DNA from: Octopus sinensis
Taxonomy: Eukaryota
DNA: 64,000 bases
Assembly (NCBI RefSeq): GCF_006345805.1
Contig: NC_043008.1
Location: forward strand, 35,898,001 to 35,962,000
Direction of reading: 5' to 3'
How positions within the stretch are numbered: position 1 is the first letter of the stretch; each line of letters opens with the position of its first letter. The position numbers and the translations under genes were made by a program. The notes beneath the pieces are model-generated. The model was not told the origin of the DNA. It was given only the letters and a program-made list of their open reading frames with translations, and did no database searches. Positions 11,376 to 23,700 of the stretch are shown piece after piece.

Positions 11376-14300
11376 CAAACTAGATATATACAGGTGTACA
11401 TATTAGTCAAAAATCTTTTAAAAGACAACAAACGAACGAACAACATCTAATACTAACAAAAAGGAAAAAGCCTTTGTTTTCTTAATTTTCTTTTTAATTG
11501 TAACATGGTTAAATTGCACACACACACCATGTGTGTGTGTGTGTTTGTTTGTGTATATTTGAATGTGTTTTTGTGTGTGTAGTCGTATTTTAATATAGTA
11601 TCTGAAACATTCTTTTAGACAGAGAAAAGAATGGAATAAAATAAAACAAATTCACTCAAAAAAAAAAAAACCAACAAAAAATATTTGTAGGATGGAATGG
11701 TAAATGTAAGTTGAACAATTATCATCATCATTATCAATATTGATGATAATAAATAAAAATGTTGTAAGTTTTCAGAAAAAAAAAAAAAAATTACAAAACA
11801 GCTGAGACATTTAAAGCTGATAATCAAGAAAATTTTTGAGTATTATACAGTGTGTATACCCACTGTATCTGTATATGTGTGTGTATATATGTATGTGACA
11901 TCTGATGTATCAGTCTATTCAGTATGCTAAAATAGGACTTTAGTGAACCAGATCAAACTGCTTGTAGTAAGGAATCAAATTACCTGTACCCATCACATGT
12001 GTGTTTCTAATATTTATAAACTACCAAAGCCAAAGAAACACACCTCTTCATCAGAGGCTGCCAGTAGAAAGCTGGACAAACCAAATATGGTTTGAAATAT
12101 ATTCAATGATATTTTTTGACAGAGATTGAATAATACACGTTTCATTCTTGTTCTCTTTTATATACACTTCAAACTATATAGTCAGTTTGACTAGCAACCT
12201 GCAGACAGCTTCTGATGAAGTGTACACACCCAGCTCCTCCAGAACACAGAAATGAGAAACACATGAGTGATGGGCATAGGCAATATGATTAATGACTAAG
12301 CATTTAGATTTAATTAACAAAAGTTCTTAATTTTAGTGTATTAAATAGGATAAAACTATATCAGATATTTAAAATATCAACACTCTGAATGAGTTTTGTT
12401 TTTGTTATGTTCATTATAAATTCCTTTTCATATTGAATATTTCTTACTGTCCTAAGAAATTTATTTCAGCATTATATATACATACATACATGTGTGTGTG
12501 TGTATATATATATATATAGATATGCATCTATGTATATTTGTGTGAGTTGATGTATGTATATAACACAAGATACAAATCAGTCAAAGAGTCAAAAACAATT
12601 TCTCTGGATGATGAATAGGGGGAGGGGAAAAAAACGCAAAGACAAAAAAAAAAAAAACCCAAATGTACAATAATCAGAAAGATTTATGCTTTTGTTTTTT
12701 TTTTTCTTCCAGATTTGAGAAAAAAAAAATTTGAAATAAGATTCTGGAGAAAGAAAGGAGATTGAATGAGAGATAATATTAGGGATTATAATACAGCTTG
12801 CCAATTGTCCAATTGCGCTGCTATCACAGATGATCAACAACTGAATGTTACACATGGTGGTAATGGTGGTGGTGGTGATAATGGTGATGACAATAACAAG
12901 AATGATGATTGATGATGGTTTCTAACCTTCACACACATTTCAATTTTTTTTTTTTTTTTTTTTTTGAGAGAGACTTCACAGTTGACCAAACCAATTATTA
13001 AAATATTTCTGGTTGGTATTTTATGATACTGATCCCCCAAACAGATGAATGGCAAAGTTAACTCCAGCTGCTGGATTTGAACTCAGGATGCAACTTCATA
13101 CTCTCGACAGTACTATGTCTGGTTACCTTGTTCTACCAATCCTGCAATTCCTTACATTCGCAATAATAATAATATGATTGATTCCTAAGACAGGCACAAG
13201 GCCTCAAATTTGGGGGCAAGGAATAGAGTCAGTTAAAAATTAACCTGCAGTATTTCACAGATACTTTGCTTTACTCAAAGAAAGCTAGCTTGACAACAAC
13301 AACAATAGTAATGGCTTCTGATTTCAGCAGATGGCCATTGACTTTAAAAGAAGAGTTATCAGTTGATAACAGCAAGCCTAGTACCCTACTGATAATTTTA
13401 TCAATTCCCACAAAGTTGACCTTGGTAGGATTTGAACTCAGAATGTAAAGAGCTAGAGGAAATACAAAGTATTTTGTCCAATGCTCTAACAATTCTGCCA
13501 ATTTGCTACCCTAATATTGATAATTATTATTATAACATCTTCATTTAGTCCTTTAGTTTAAAGGGGACAAAGGAATCTGATAACTTGGCACTTTGGCCAT
13601 TCCCAAGAGAAAACCGTCAGTAAAACCTTAGAAGTGTGTTTTATATTTGCCAACTCCTGCACCAAATGGCTTGTCACAGTAATGATAATGAAAGGAACAG
13701 CTTAATGAGCCAACAATAGGGAGCTTCCATATAGTCACTCAACCTACACAATATAACAGCCCAATTTCAACTCCCAAACTCTTAGCATTAAACTGAGGAC
13801 CACAATTTTTTTTTTTTTTTTTAGTTATGACATCTCCGTACTCTTTACGCTAAAGACTAGATAACTACAGTAACATTGAAAGAAAGTCCAACTGCCATCC
13901 ATGACATGGTCACCAAATATTTTAGGTGATTGTTCTGTTTTGTAAACTGGATCTTAAAGCTGTAGAGTTAGCTCTGATGTATTCAGTTGGCTACCTCCTG
14001 TGTTTACTGATCCTGCTCATGCAGAATTTGAAAGGAACTAACAACAACAGCATGGCCAACTGGTACCAGTGACTGTGTACATAAAAGAGGAAGGATTAAC
14101 CCAAACTAACCCCTTCCCCATTACTAATCAAAAATTACAGGAGGAATAAAATTAAAGAAAAAATCTTAAACCTAGTTTAAATAAAATATACTCAAATTCA
14201 AATAAATAACCTCGTTAAATGCAAATTGGCAGTTGGATTATTTGCAGGGAGATGCTTTTAGAAGCAATAAACAGAATTGCAGAACATAGCTTTTTGTATT

Positions 14301-17300
14301 GAAATATCTGAGATGAAAATAAAAGAAAAAAAATGAAAAAATGTTTAAAGGAATCAAACATTCATCATAAATTCTTAGAAAACCATGATTTACTACATTC
14401 TAAGATATTCTTTGTACCAAATATTATTATGATAAATAGTAAATTGTCTTTATCACCAGCTTATTTCCCCTCAATCACTGATATTGCATTTCCTACCAAA
14501 TATTCAAAACTCTTTACTATTCAAATCAAACAAACTGTAAAGAAGTAGCAGTGGGAACACTGAACATTCGATAGGTGTGTCAGCATGAGCAGCAGAGTTC
14601 AAATTCTACCATGGTTAAAAAAAAAATGACTTGATGTAAATATAAGAAATATGAAAGAGGTGTTCAGTGGTGAAATCACAACAATCTAATTAGTAGTGAA
14701 ATATCTACCTTAAAATGAATGACATTCCTTGCTAGCCCAACACACCAAAGTAGAGAGGATTAGTTTAGCTTTCAGCTCTAACTATTAGAACTCAGAATGT
14801 TAAAGCAAAAAATTTAGTTTGGCACTCATCTATTTCTGCTATTTATCATTCTGTAATTGTTGACAAATATTTTATCAACTTGCAGTGTTGGGTTCAAATA
14901 TTATACAGGTGTTTTCCTTTTTTTGTTTCACCTAACTGTCTGGATGTTTTGCATTCTTGTACCATTTTTATATATATATGTGTGTGTGTGTGTTAATTTG
15001 GCAAGGAAATAGATACCTGTAACAAAAGTAGTTTTACCCAAGAAATGAAAAAAAAAATCTGAATTTCTAACTTAAAAGTTCTGAGAATAAACACCAGTCT
15101 AAGAGGGCACAGAGATTGTTTACATAAATGCTTCTAGGACTGCCTTTTCTATTTTCTCATAAAGTTTGAAACTTTTTATTTTGTGGAATTTTAACCAGTA
15201 CAGCCTGTCTAGCTTTGGTTTTTCAGCCCAATGTCACCACTATCAAGCTTATGATACTGAATGTATTAGGCGTAGCTGCCCCACATACCTCATTTCATTA
15301 AGTTAATTCAACCAACTCCCAGTGTAAACAAACACAAGTCATACAAGAAAGTATATGCCAGGTGGTGGCGGTCAAGGTGAAACCACAGTGGCATCAAAAA
15401 TAAACAATAAAGAAGTCGCAAAATTAAAACTACCACCTGTCACCACCTGAACATGAGCTAATTGAGCAAGTTCTTTTCATAACATGAAAAGCATATAGAC
15501 AGGTATTGTAATTCTATATAGTTACTACTTAATCTAATAACTTCCAAGTGAAGTGAACTATAAAGGCTATTTCTGACTAGTATCAAATTTACAACACAAA
15601 TTTTAAGACATTTACTATAGAAGATCATATAACTCAATATAATTAAATTTAATATTCTTTTACTGGTTAGATTTAATTGTAAACGACCTATTTATTTAAT
15701 GATAATGTGGTACCATATAGTTCATACTTCTATGTCACACAATCCTTTTCAGAATTAACAGTGTTGACAGATGTATCTAAACTAATAACATCACTGTTAT
15801 ATTTATTGCATGAGTCATTTCTGTAAGTGTTCACTGATGATATTGCACATTTGAGCCATTTAACTAATCATATCACTGTATAATGTATCTCATATCAGTT
15901 ATTTAAATAAGTTTCATACACGAGTTGCAAGCACTGTTGTTGTCATTTTACCTGTCAACAAATCGTCCACTCACTTTATGCTATTGGAAACATGTGAAAT
16001 AACAAATTCCTTATTTGGAAAACAAGTAAGGGTTAGTGACAGGAAGAACATCCGACTATAAAACAATGCCTAAACAATATATTCATGGAAGAGTAACCAT
16101 AAATATGAATGGAATACATATTCAAATACAAAAATAACTACTAAAACTTTTATCTTTCTCCTTTCTTTTTTTTCTAAATGGGAATATTTTTGCAAGCATT
16201 AGGGCTGTTGGAATATATTATAACTTTTTATGATAGACTAAATCATTTTGTCTTTTCTTTGCCAGTGTTGGCTGTTCATTATTTGGCAATAACATTTAAA
16301 AAACCATGAAGCAAACACCCCCATCACCCAATAAATAAATAAACCCAATTAAAAAGCAAGCCCAATGATTTGATTACTTTTAAGAATTATTAAATGGCTA
16401 AAACTGAAATATAAATCATGAAGAGGGGAGATAATCAAAATTTTAAACTTTTTTTCATTCAGCTAAGAGTAATGCTATTAAAATAGTGGAATGAAGAAGA
16501 AAGGAATAAGCACAATTTCAATCACCATATTTTGGAGCGGGAGAAACAAAAAGAGAATAAACCCAATCAAATGTATACCAGGATCTTTAAATGTTTTCCC
16601 CATATAGAAGTGTTTATCATCACCAGGAAATGAATTTTTGAGGCAAAAATAAATTGACTTTCCCTCTTTCCCACTATTTTGACCACAATTCACAATCCTG
16701 ACAAACAGGAGACAGAGACCAGACGTTTCTCCAGACAACTTCTGCCTGTCCTTCTGTTCACAAGAAAAGCAGGAAAAGCCAATTCAAATTATATTAACCC
16801 AGTGAGTTACAACAACGGTTTATGGATGTGGCTAACAGTTGCAACACCGTCAAAATAATTGACCAGTTAATACATACAAAATAATTAATTACTAGTTGGA
16901 TGATGTATGTGGTGGTGGTGGTGGGGGATGAGGCTGTTAAGCTATTAAAGACAAGATGACCTGCATGGTTTAACTGAGGGGAAAACAAACACAAAAGAAA
17001 AACAAAGAGAAAAAGCAATAACAGTAACATAATGAACCCCCCCCCCCGTATTTGTCACAGGTTTGGTTTTTTTTTTTTTTATACACATGTGAGAGCAAGA
17101 ATGATCAGAACTGATATCATCATCATCATCATTATTATTTTTCACTGCTAGATGAAAACTCTCAAAATAAGAGCGTTATTGACGAGACAAGTGAGAGTGT
17201 GTGTTGAGGGGGGGAGAGGGAGAGAGAGAGAGAATGGGATTAAGATTTTTTTTTTTTTTGTAGAATGTACTCAAGTCAGATTTAAATTATCCATGGTTCT

Positions 17301-17307
17301 TGGGCTT

Positions 17308-17325
17308 TTTATTTTTATATTTATT
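17308..17325 (-). promoter_or_regulatory. Two AATAAA hexamers about 250 nt after the DENND4 stop; candidate proximal polyadenylation signal
   Basis: Plus-strand tttatt at 17308-17313 and 17320-17325. Confidence 0.45.
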
Positions 17326-17570
17326 TAGTATGAACATTAAACTGGTAACAATGTGATTCCATTGATTCTGTAAGACATTTGGTAAAAGTTAACATTTACA
17401 AATACACAGTGATCTCGCAATTAAAGTTTGGTTTCTCTGCATGAAATTCATGTGGGAACACAGTGTCTATTTTAGAATGGTGAACGGGCATTCTAGAAAA
17501 AGTCGAGCAGCACTGCTGGATTGTTCTTTGTCAGTCAGTAGGTTGAGCCAGGCACTCGACATAGGGCTGC

Positions 17571-17707
17571 TTATACCTCTAATTCTTCAAAGACAGCACG
17601 ACAGTATCTTACTGCAAGAGGGAGGGGTGCATCATCTAGTTGCAATCTGTTAATCTCTGCCTTCGATAATTTGCTGAATGCAGCTCTGTATGCACGATCA
17701 AATCCCT
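17571..17707 (-). CDS. DENND4: DENND4 terminal coding exon: [13 protein letters not shown]...[10 protein letters not shown]
   Basis: ttgcag acceptor and TAA at 17571-17573; matches the family C-terminus FD..Y..A...L...D.P......CR..F. Confidence 0.92.
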
Positions 17708-20700
17708 CTGCAAAGAAGAAAAGAAAATGGCAATTGTATTTCATGTGGTTTGATATCATTGTATCATATATTCCTATATTGTAAGTACATATATGGTATG
17801 CATGTGAGGAGAATGCTGGCAAGAAATGCAATATTAATGAAGCTCAAACATCAAAAATGGGAAATGTAAAATAAGAGTTATCAGATGAAAGGTAATTATG
17901 TTAAAAGAAGGTGCATTTATGAAGTAATGAAGTAATGAAGTATGAAAGATGGCAGAATCCCCAAGGACATACTCTACGGAGAGCTTGCTAGGGGTACTAG
18001 GTCTGTGGGTAGACCGATCTTACGTTACAAGGATGTTTGCAAAAGGGACATGAAGGCCTGCAACATCAACATTAGCGGTTGGGAGGCAGTCGCCGGCAAC
18101 CGTGGAGAATGGCGACGTACAGTAAAAGAGGGTATACAGAGGAGTGACAGAAAGAGAGAGGAGAAATGGAAAGAAAGGAAGAGACATAAACAAGAGACCA
18201 TGGCACTACAACCAGCCAGGAACAGTCTTCGCTACATTTGCAGTACCTGCCAGAGGGAGTGTTTGTCCAGGATAGGACTACACAGCCACAGCAAGAAATG
18301 TAACAGGAAATAAAATATAACAGCCGGACTAGACCTAGAAAAAAAAAAAAAAAAAAAAAAAAATGCGCAACTCCATTGTCTCCCGAGACAGAAAGGATGC
18401 CAATACCAATATGAAGTAATGAAAAATTACAACCTAAATACTGTCAATATCTATATATGAGGTCTGATCAATAAGTATCCAGACTGTTGCCATAGTAACG
18501 AAGCTAAAGCATGCAGAGTGAGGTTGCTTGGCACAGATTGACCTTGGACTCTGCTGTGCATGTTTACTAAGTTTTAATGTTCTAGCTGACTTCTGATATT
18601 TACAGCAGTGCTTGGAAGGAACGTGTGTAGCATGTGATCCCATCGCGTTGACCATGACAGAGAAAGTTGTCATGGCCTGTGCAAAGTTGCAGAAAGTGTA
18701 TGAGCCACACACAAGTGTAAGAGCGGTTCAGACGTTTCCAAGATGTTCGGAAATATGTCGATATTGATGAACATTCTGGGAGACCCACAACCAGCAGAAC
18801 TGAGTAAAACATTGCAGATGTGTGTACAGCTGTGAGGGGAAATTGTCGAATTCCCATCCATGAGTTATCAGAGGATGTGCAGATTAGTTACAATTCATTT
18901 CATTCTATTATCACAGAAGATTAGGGTGCAAGATGCATGTCTGCCAAGTTTGCACCAAAACTACTTTCAACTGACCAAAAAGACGCTCAGGTTTCAGTTG
19001 CACAAGATCTTGATTGTGTTGAGAATGATGAAAACATTTTGAAAACTCTGAGCAGGTATTGCCAAGCTTTTGGCAAAATTTGATGCAGATTCTCAGCTCA
19101 ACATTCTCTGTCATGGTCAATGTGATAATCACACGCTACACTCGTTCCTTCCAAGCACTGCTGTAAACAGCGGAAATGAACTAGAATGTCGAAACTTAGC
19201 AGCATGCACAGCTGAGTTCAAGGTCAATCTGTGCCAAACGGCTTCACTCTGCATGCTTTAGCTTTGTTACTATGGCAACAATCCGGATACTTATTGATCA
19301 GACCACATACACACACATACTCTATAATTCATTTTTAATACATTTAGTCTTATGACCCCTTTCGGTCATGAATGATTATGGGATTGCACCTAGAAAGTTA
19401 CTCTCCAAGGCACAAGTCTGGGCAAGGTTTTGTGGAAGACCAGCAGTTGCTCATACCAGCTTCCTCTCTCCATGCCACCGATGTTATCCAAAAGAAAGGC
19501 AAAGGCAGATACAGTGATACCAAAACTCATTTCTACAGCTAAGTGAACTGGAGCAATGTGAAATAAAGTATCTTGTTCAAGAACACAACACACAGCCTGG
19601 TCTGGGAATCAAACTATTTCATGATTGTAAGCCTGATGATTTAACCACTGAGCCATGCATCTTCGTTACTAAACACAATATCACTGTAAATACTGTTATC
19701 CTATTTACGTTTATGTGTAATGAAAAACTGAGCTCATTTCATTCACACTATTGTCACCCTTCTGATGCAAATTGAATGGAAAAAGTATATTCTTTGTTTT
19801 TATATAACATGCAGTTATATATATTGATACATACAAAATGAAAGTGAAGTAAAGTAAACTAATATGTAAATATATAATAGCGATGTAATCTTAGTATTAC
19901 TGTGTTTTAACGTGTATAAGGAACCCTTTTTTTTTTGTCAAAAATTAGGTTAAAAAAATATGAGAATTTCTTATACATGGATAGTATTATAATCCGTTAC
20001 AAAACCTTTTCTAAATTTTAAGCTCCAAAACTTAGGGGGTTCATTATATACGTCAAAATACAGTAGTTATGTTAAAACAATGGGCATACCTACAGAAATG
20101 TGCTCCACTGATTTTGTTTCCTTGTAATTTCCAGAAAAATTAATATTTTTTTCATGAAATTTTCTACAGATACACTTCAGATAGTGTAGGTTCTAAATAT
20201 ATTGGAATTTGTTGTGAACAAAAATTGGACAGGGTTTCCAAAAATTCACACAAGTTGGCTTTGTTTCCTTATAACTTTTGGAAAAAGGGGTATTTTGAAA
20301 TGAAAATTTCTACAAATGCTTTTCAGATTGTTTAAATTATGATTTTATATGAATTTCAAGTGGAAAGAAAAATGGTGAGCATGCACACATACATATTTAC
20401 ACACATCACAATTTTCTTTTGAAATTTCAAGTTTCCTTTAGTAGATTTATGTCGTGTGTATCAGTATATGTGCTTTCCCGCCAATTTATATTTCTCATAT
20501 TAAATTCTGATGTAAATGTTATCTACACACTCCAAAAAGTATTTGTAAAACTCCTCTCACTACCTTTGCAAAAATGTTTTCACAACAAATTCTTAGGTTA
20601 GACTGCATGCTACAGTGTAAATGGCCAGACGGACTGCATGCCAAAGTGATACCAACTGCAGACCATGACATCTCATCTGTTTACGTATTTAGGAAGTTCC

Positions 20701-23700
20701 TTTGTAAGACAGGTGGATGTGATTCAAGGGATAGTTGGCTGCTATTTCTAGTAGGTCAAGCACCAAGTAGAGAATATTGAAAATATAATTTAGAGAATTA
20801 TAAAAATTTTCTCACCCAAATCAACAACGTTTTTCCCACAAGCCACAAATGCTAAAAACAATATTTCTCGGTAAAAGCTTCGTCTGTAACCTTTTCGAGA
20901 CTTTCTCCGTCGAGCATCTGCTAACAGCTTGATTGGAGTGAGCATATCGTTGACAACATGGATGTTGCTTATAATTTGTTGCATCAACCTGAAAGAGAGG
21001 AAAATATGATTAACCTTTTTCTTGCCATATTTCTATTAAAATAGGCTGCATTGGTTTCAAATAATTTTTAACAGGGAAACTAACAGTTATGCCTGCTTGT
21101 ATGATATCTGTTAATTCAACTCCAGGCCTTCCTCTGATTTCAATAAAGCTTAAGAATTTCTTTCTGCAGCAAGATATTATGAAGGAAAATTGTCAACCAA
21201 TGCAAACAACCAGTCAACTAATCTAGATGTGGTTTTAATGAATTTACAGTTCTGTGGTTCAATGACCATAATCAGGAAATTAATAATGCTATGTTTAAAT
21301 TTCTATAACTACTGAACCTGCAAGTCAATCATGGAAGAATGAATTTTAATTCAAGTATAGACTTGTCACTGTCATTATTGTTTAATGTCTGTTTTCCAAG
21401 GTGGAATGGATTTAAGGGTTTGACAGGAACCAACAAACCAGAGGACTATGCTGAGTTCCAATGTTTGCTATGGCATGGTTTCTATGGTTGGATGCTCTCT
21501 CTCTAAGGCCAATCGCTTTACTGATACTGAGAACCTTTTTCCATAGGACCAGCACTAGTAAGGTCACCAGAGAACTCACAAGACAAGGCTCCCCCAGGAT
21601 AGACTTTAATTGAAGCCACTCAGTATAGATCTTAATTTCACTGCCTATAGCAACATTTCTTTAAAAAATGTGATGCAAGATTTGGTAGAAATAAATTTAC
21701 AGTAAATACTATATGCCTTACATAGTTAACAATCCCACAATATAGGCTAATAATCACTGAATCCTGTTTCAAGAAAAGAACAACAAAAATAAACATGATG
21801 CTGTTAAGAAAAATAATATTTGATCAAAATTTTTAGGATACACTAATTCTTTCTAATACAAGCACAAGGATGGAAATTTTGAGTTCATATTGATCCCAGT
21901 GCTTAACTGATACTTTATTGAATGAGAAAGGAATAAAGGCAAAGTTGACTTCAGTGGTATTTGAACCAAGAATGTAATGAGTCAGAAGAAATGCTGCAAA
22001 GCATTTTGTCTGGTGCAGTAACGATTCTGCCAGCTCACCATCCATTTTTAAGATTTGGTAATGTTTTGGTGGAAATGAACTTTCTGTCAAAATTTCATAT
22101 ACACACACACACATACGAATATGTGTGTTTCTGACTTGTATTTGTTTAGCAAGTGATTTGATTGTGATCATGTGTTGAATCTAAAACAATTACATCAGGG
22201 AAGAGACATTGTAGCCATTAACATACACACACAGTTATCATCCTTTTTACTTATTTTGTTAATATATCTCTTAGAGAAGGCAGTGAGCTGGCAGAATTGT
22301 TAACATGCCAGGCAACAAAATGCCAAGTTCAAATTCTGCCGAAGTCAGCTTTGCCTCTCATCCTTTTGGAGTTGATAAATTAAGTACCAGTGAAATACTG
22401 AGGTCGATGTAATCAACTTACCACCTCCGCTGGCCTTGTACCAAAAACCAATACATTCCTTGGGTATTAAAACATTTTGTCAGTCATATAAAACCTAGTT
22501 ATAGACACTCAACATGTTTCTATGCGTCTATGTATCTTTCTCTATGTGTATGCATGCACGTGTGTATGTACGTGTGTGCGTGTATACATCTGTAATGGTG
22601 TGCAAGTGTAAACTTTTGTCACTGTGTCTCTCCTGGAAACAGCAATGCACTTCTGAATTTCATTTTGAAAGCTTGCTTTGCTCTTAACCCTTTCTCTATA
22701 TTTACAATTAAACTATGACAACAGCTGGGTTAGTAAACGAGTTACTAATGAAAGAGGTAGACACTTTGTATTCTGTCACCCTCTGATGACCTGTATCTTT
22801 GGTAAAGTTATTACTTTCAGAGAATAAGTCCTTCCAGTTATAAAGAGGAACCACCCAAAGGTGCATTTCACCAATGCCAGCAGTATACTAAGTGTTTAGT
22901 AGAAATTCTTGAGTAAAGCAGTTGTTGTCATTTAACATCGATGTTCCCGGTTGATATTTCGGTAAACTAGTTTGACTTTGTTAAATCGAAAAAGAAAAAA
23001 AAAGATATGAAATGGAAGGGGAAGAATTCAGTGATAACATACGGTCTTGAGTATATCTGAGAATCTGTCACAAGAGCATCAACAATGGCAGATGCACGAC
23101 CTGGAAATAGAAAAGTGAGAAGAGACGTGTATTAACAATGGGAAAAACTATTTTCTGGTTCAAATGAAAACTAAACCTTAAAAATATTTATACACAACTT
23201 TCTACATCTAAATATCCAAAGATCTTATCATATACTGTGATGCTAAGACAGTATCAACTCCTCAGCACTTGTTATCTGTCTGTTGGCCAAGTATAAAAAC
23301 CTTGGCACATCAACTACATACAAAAATGTGACTGCAACACCAACTCACTAAGACCCACTGACTACATGACTGACCGACTATAAGCTAACGAGAGATATGC
23401 ATGTGATTACTCAACCTGGAAACAGCAGCTAAATTTCTCTAAAATCACACTTTAAACTCTTAAAAAGAGCGTGTCACATTTGATAATTCAGTTTTAGAGA
23501 CATGTCTGAAATACAGACAGGATGGTTATGGCTGGAACATCAACATTTACTTTTCCGTATATAGACGAGTCAAGTGAAACTATGGTGGGCAGAGTTTTCT
23601 ACAGCTGGATACCCATCATGATACCAACCCTCATTTGTTTTCAAGCAGTGTGATAATCCCTCAGTCTATCAACCAAGAAACTGCCTGGACCTGATTACGT

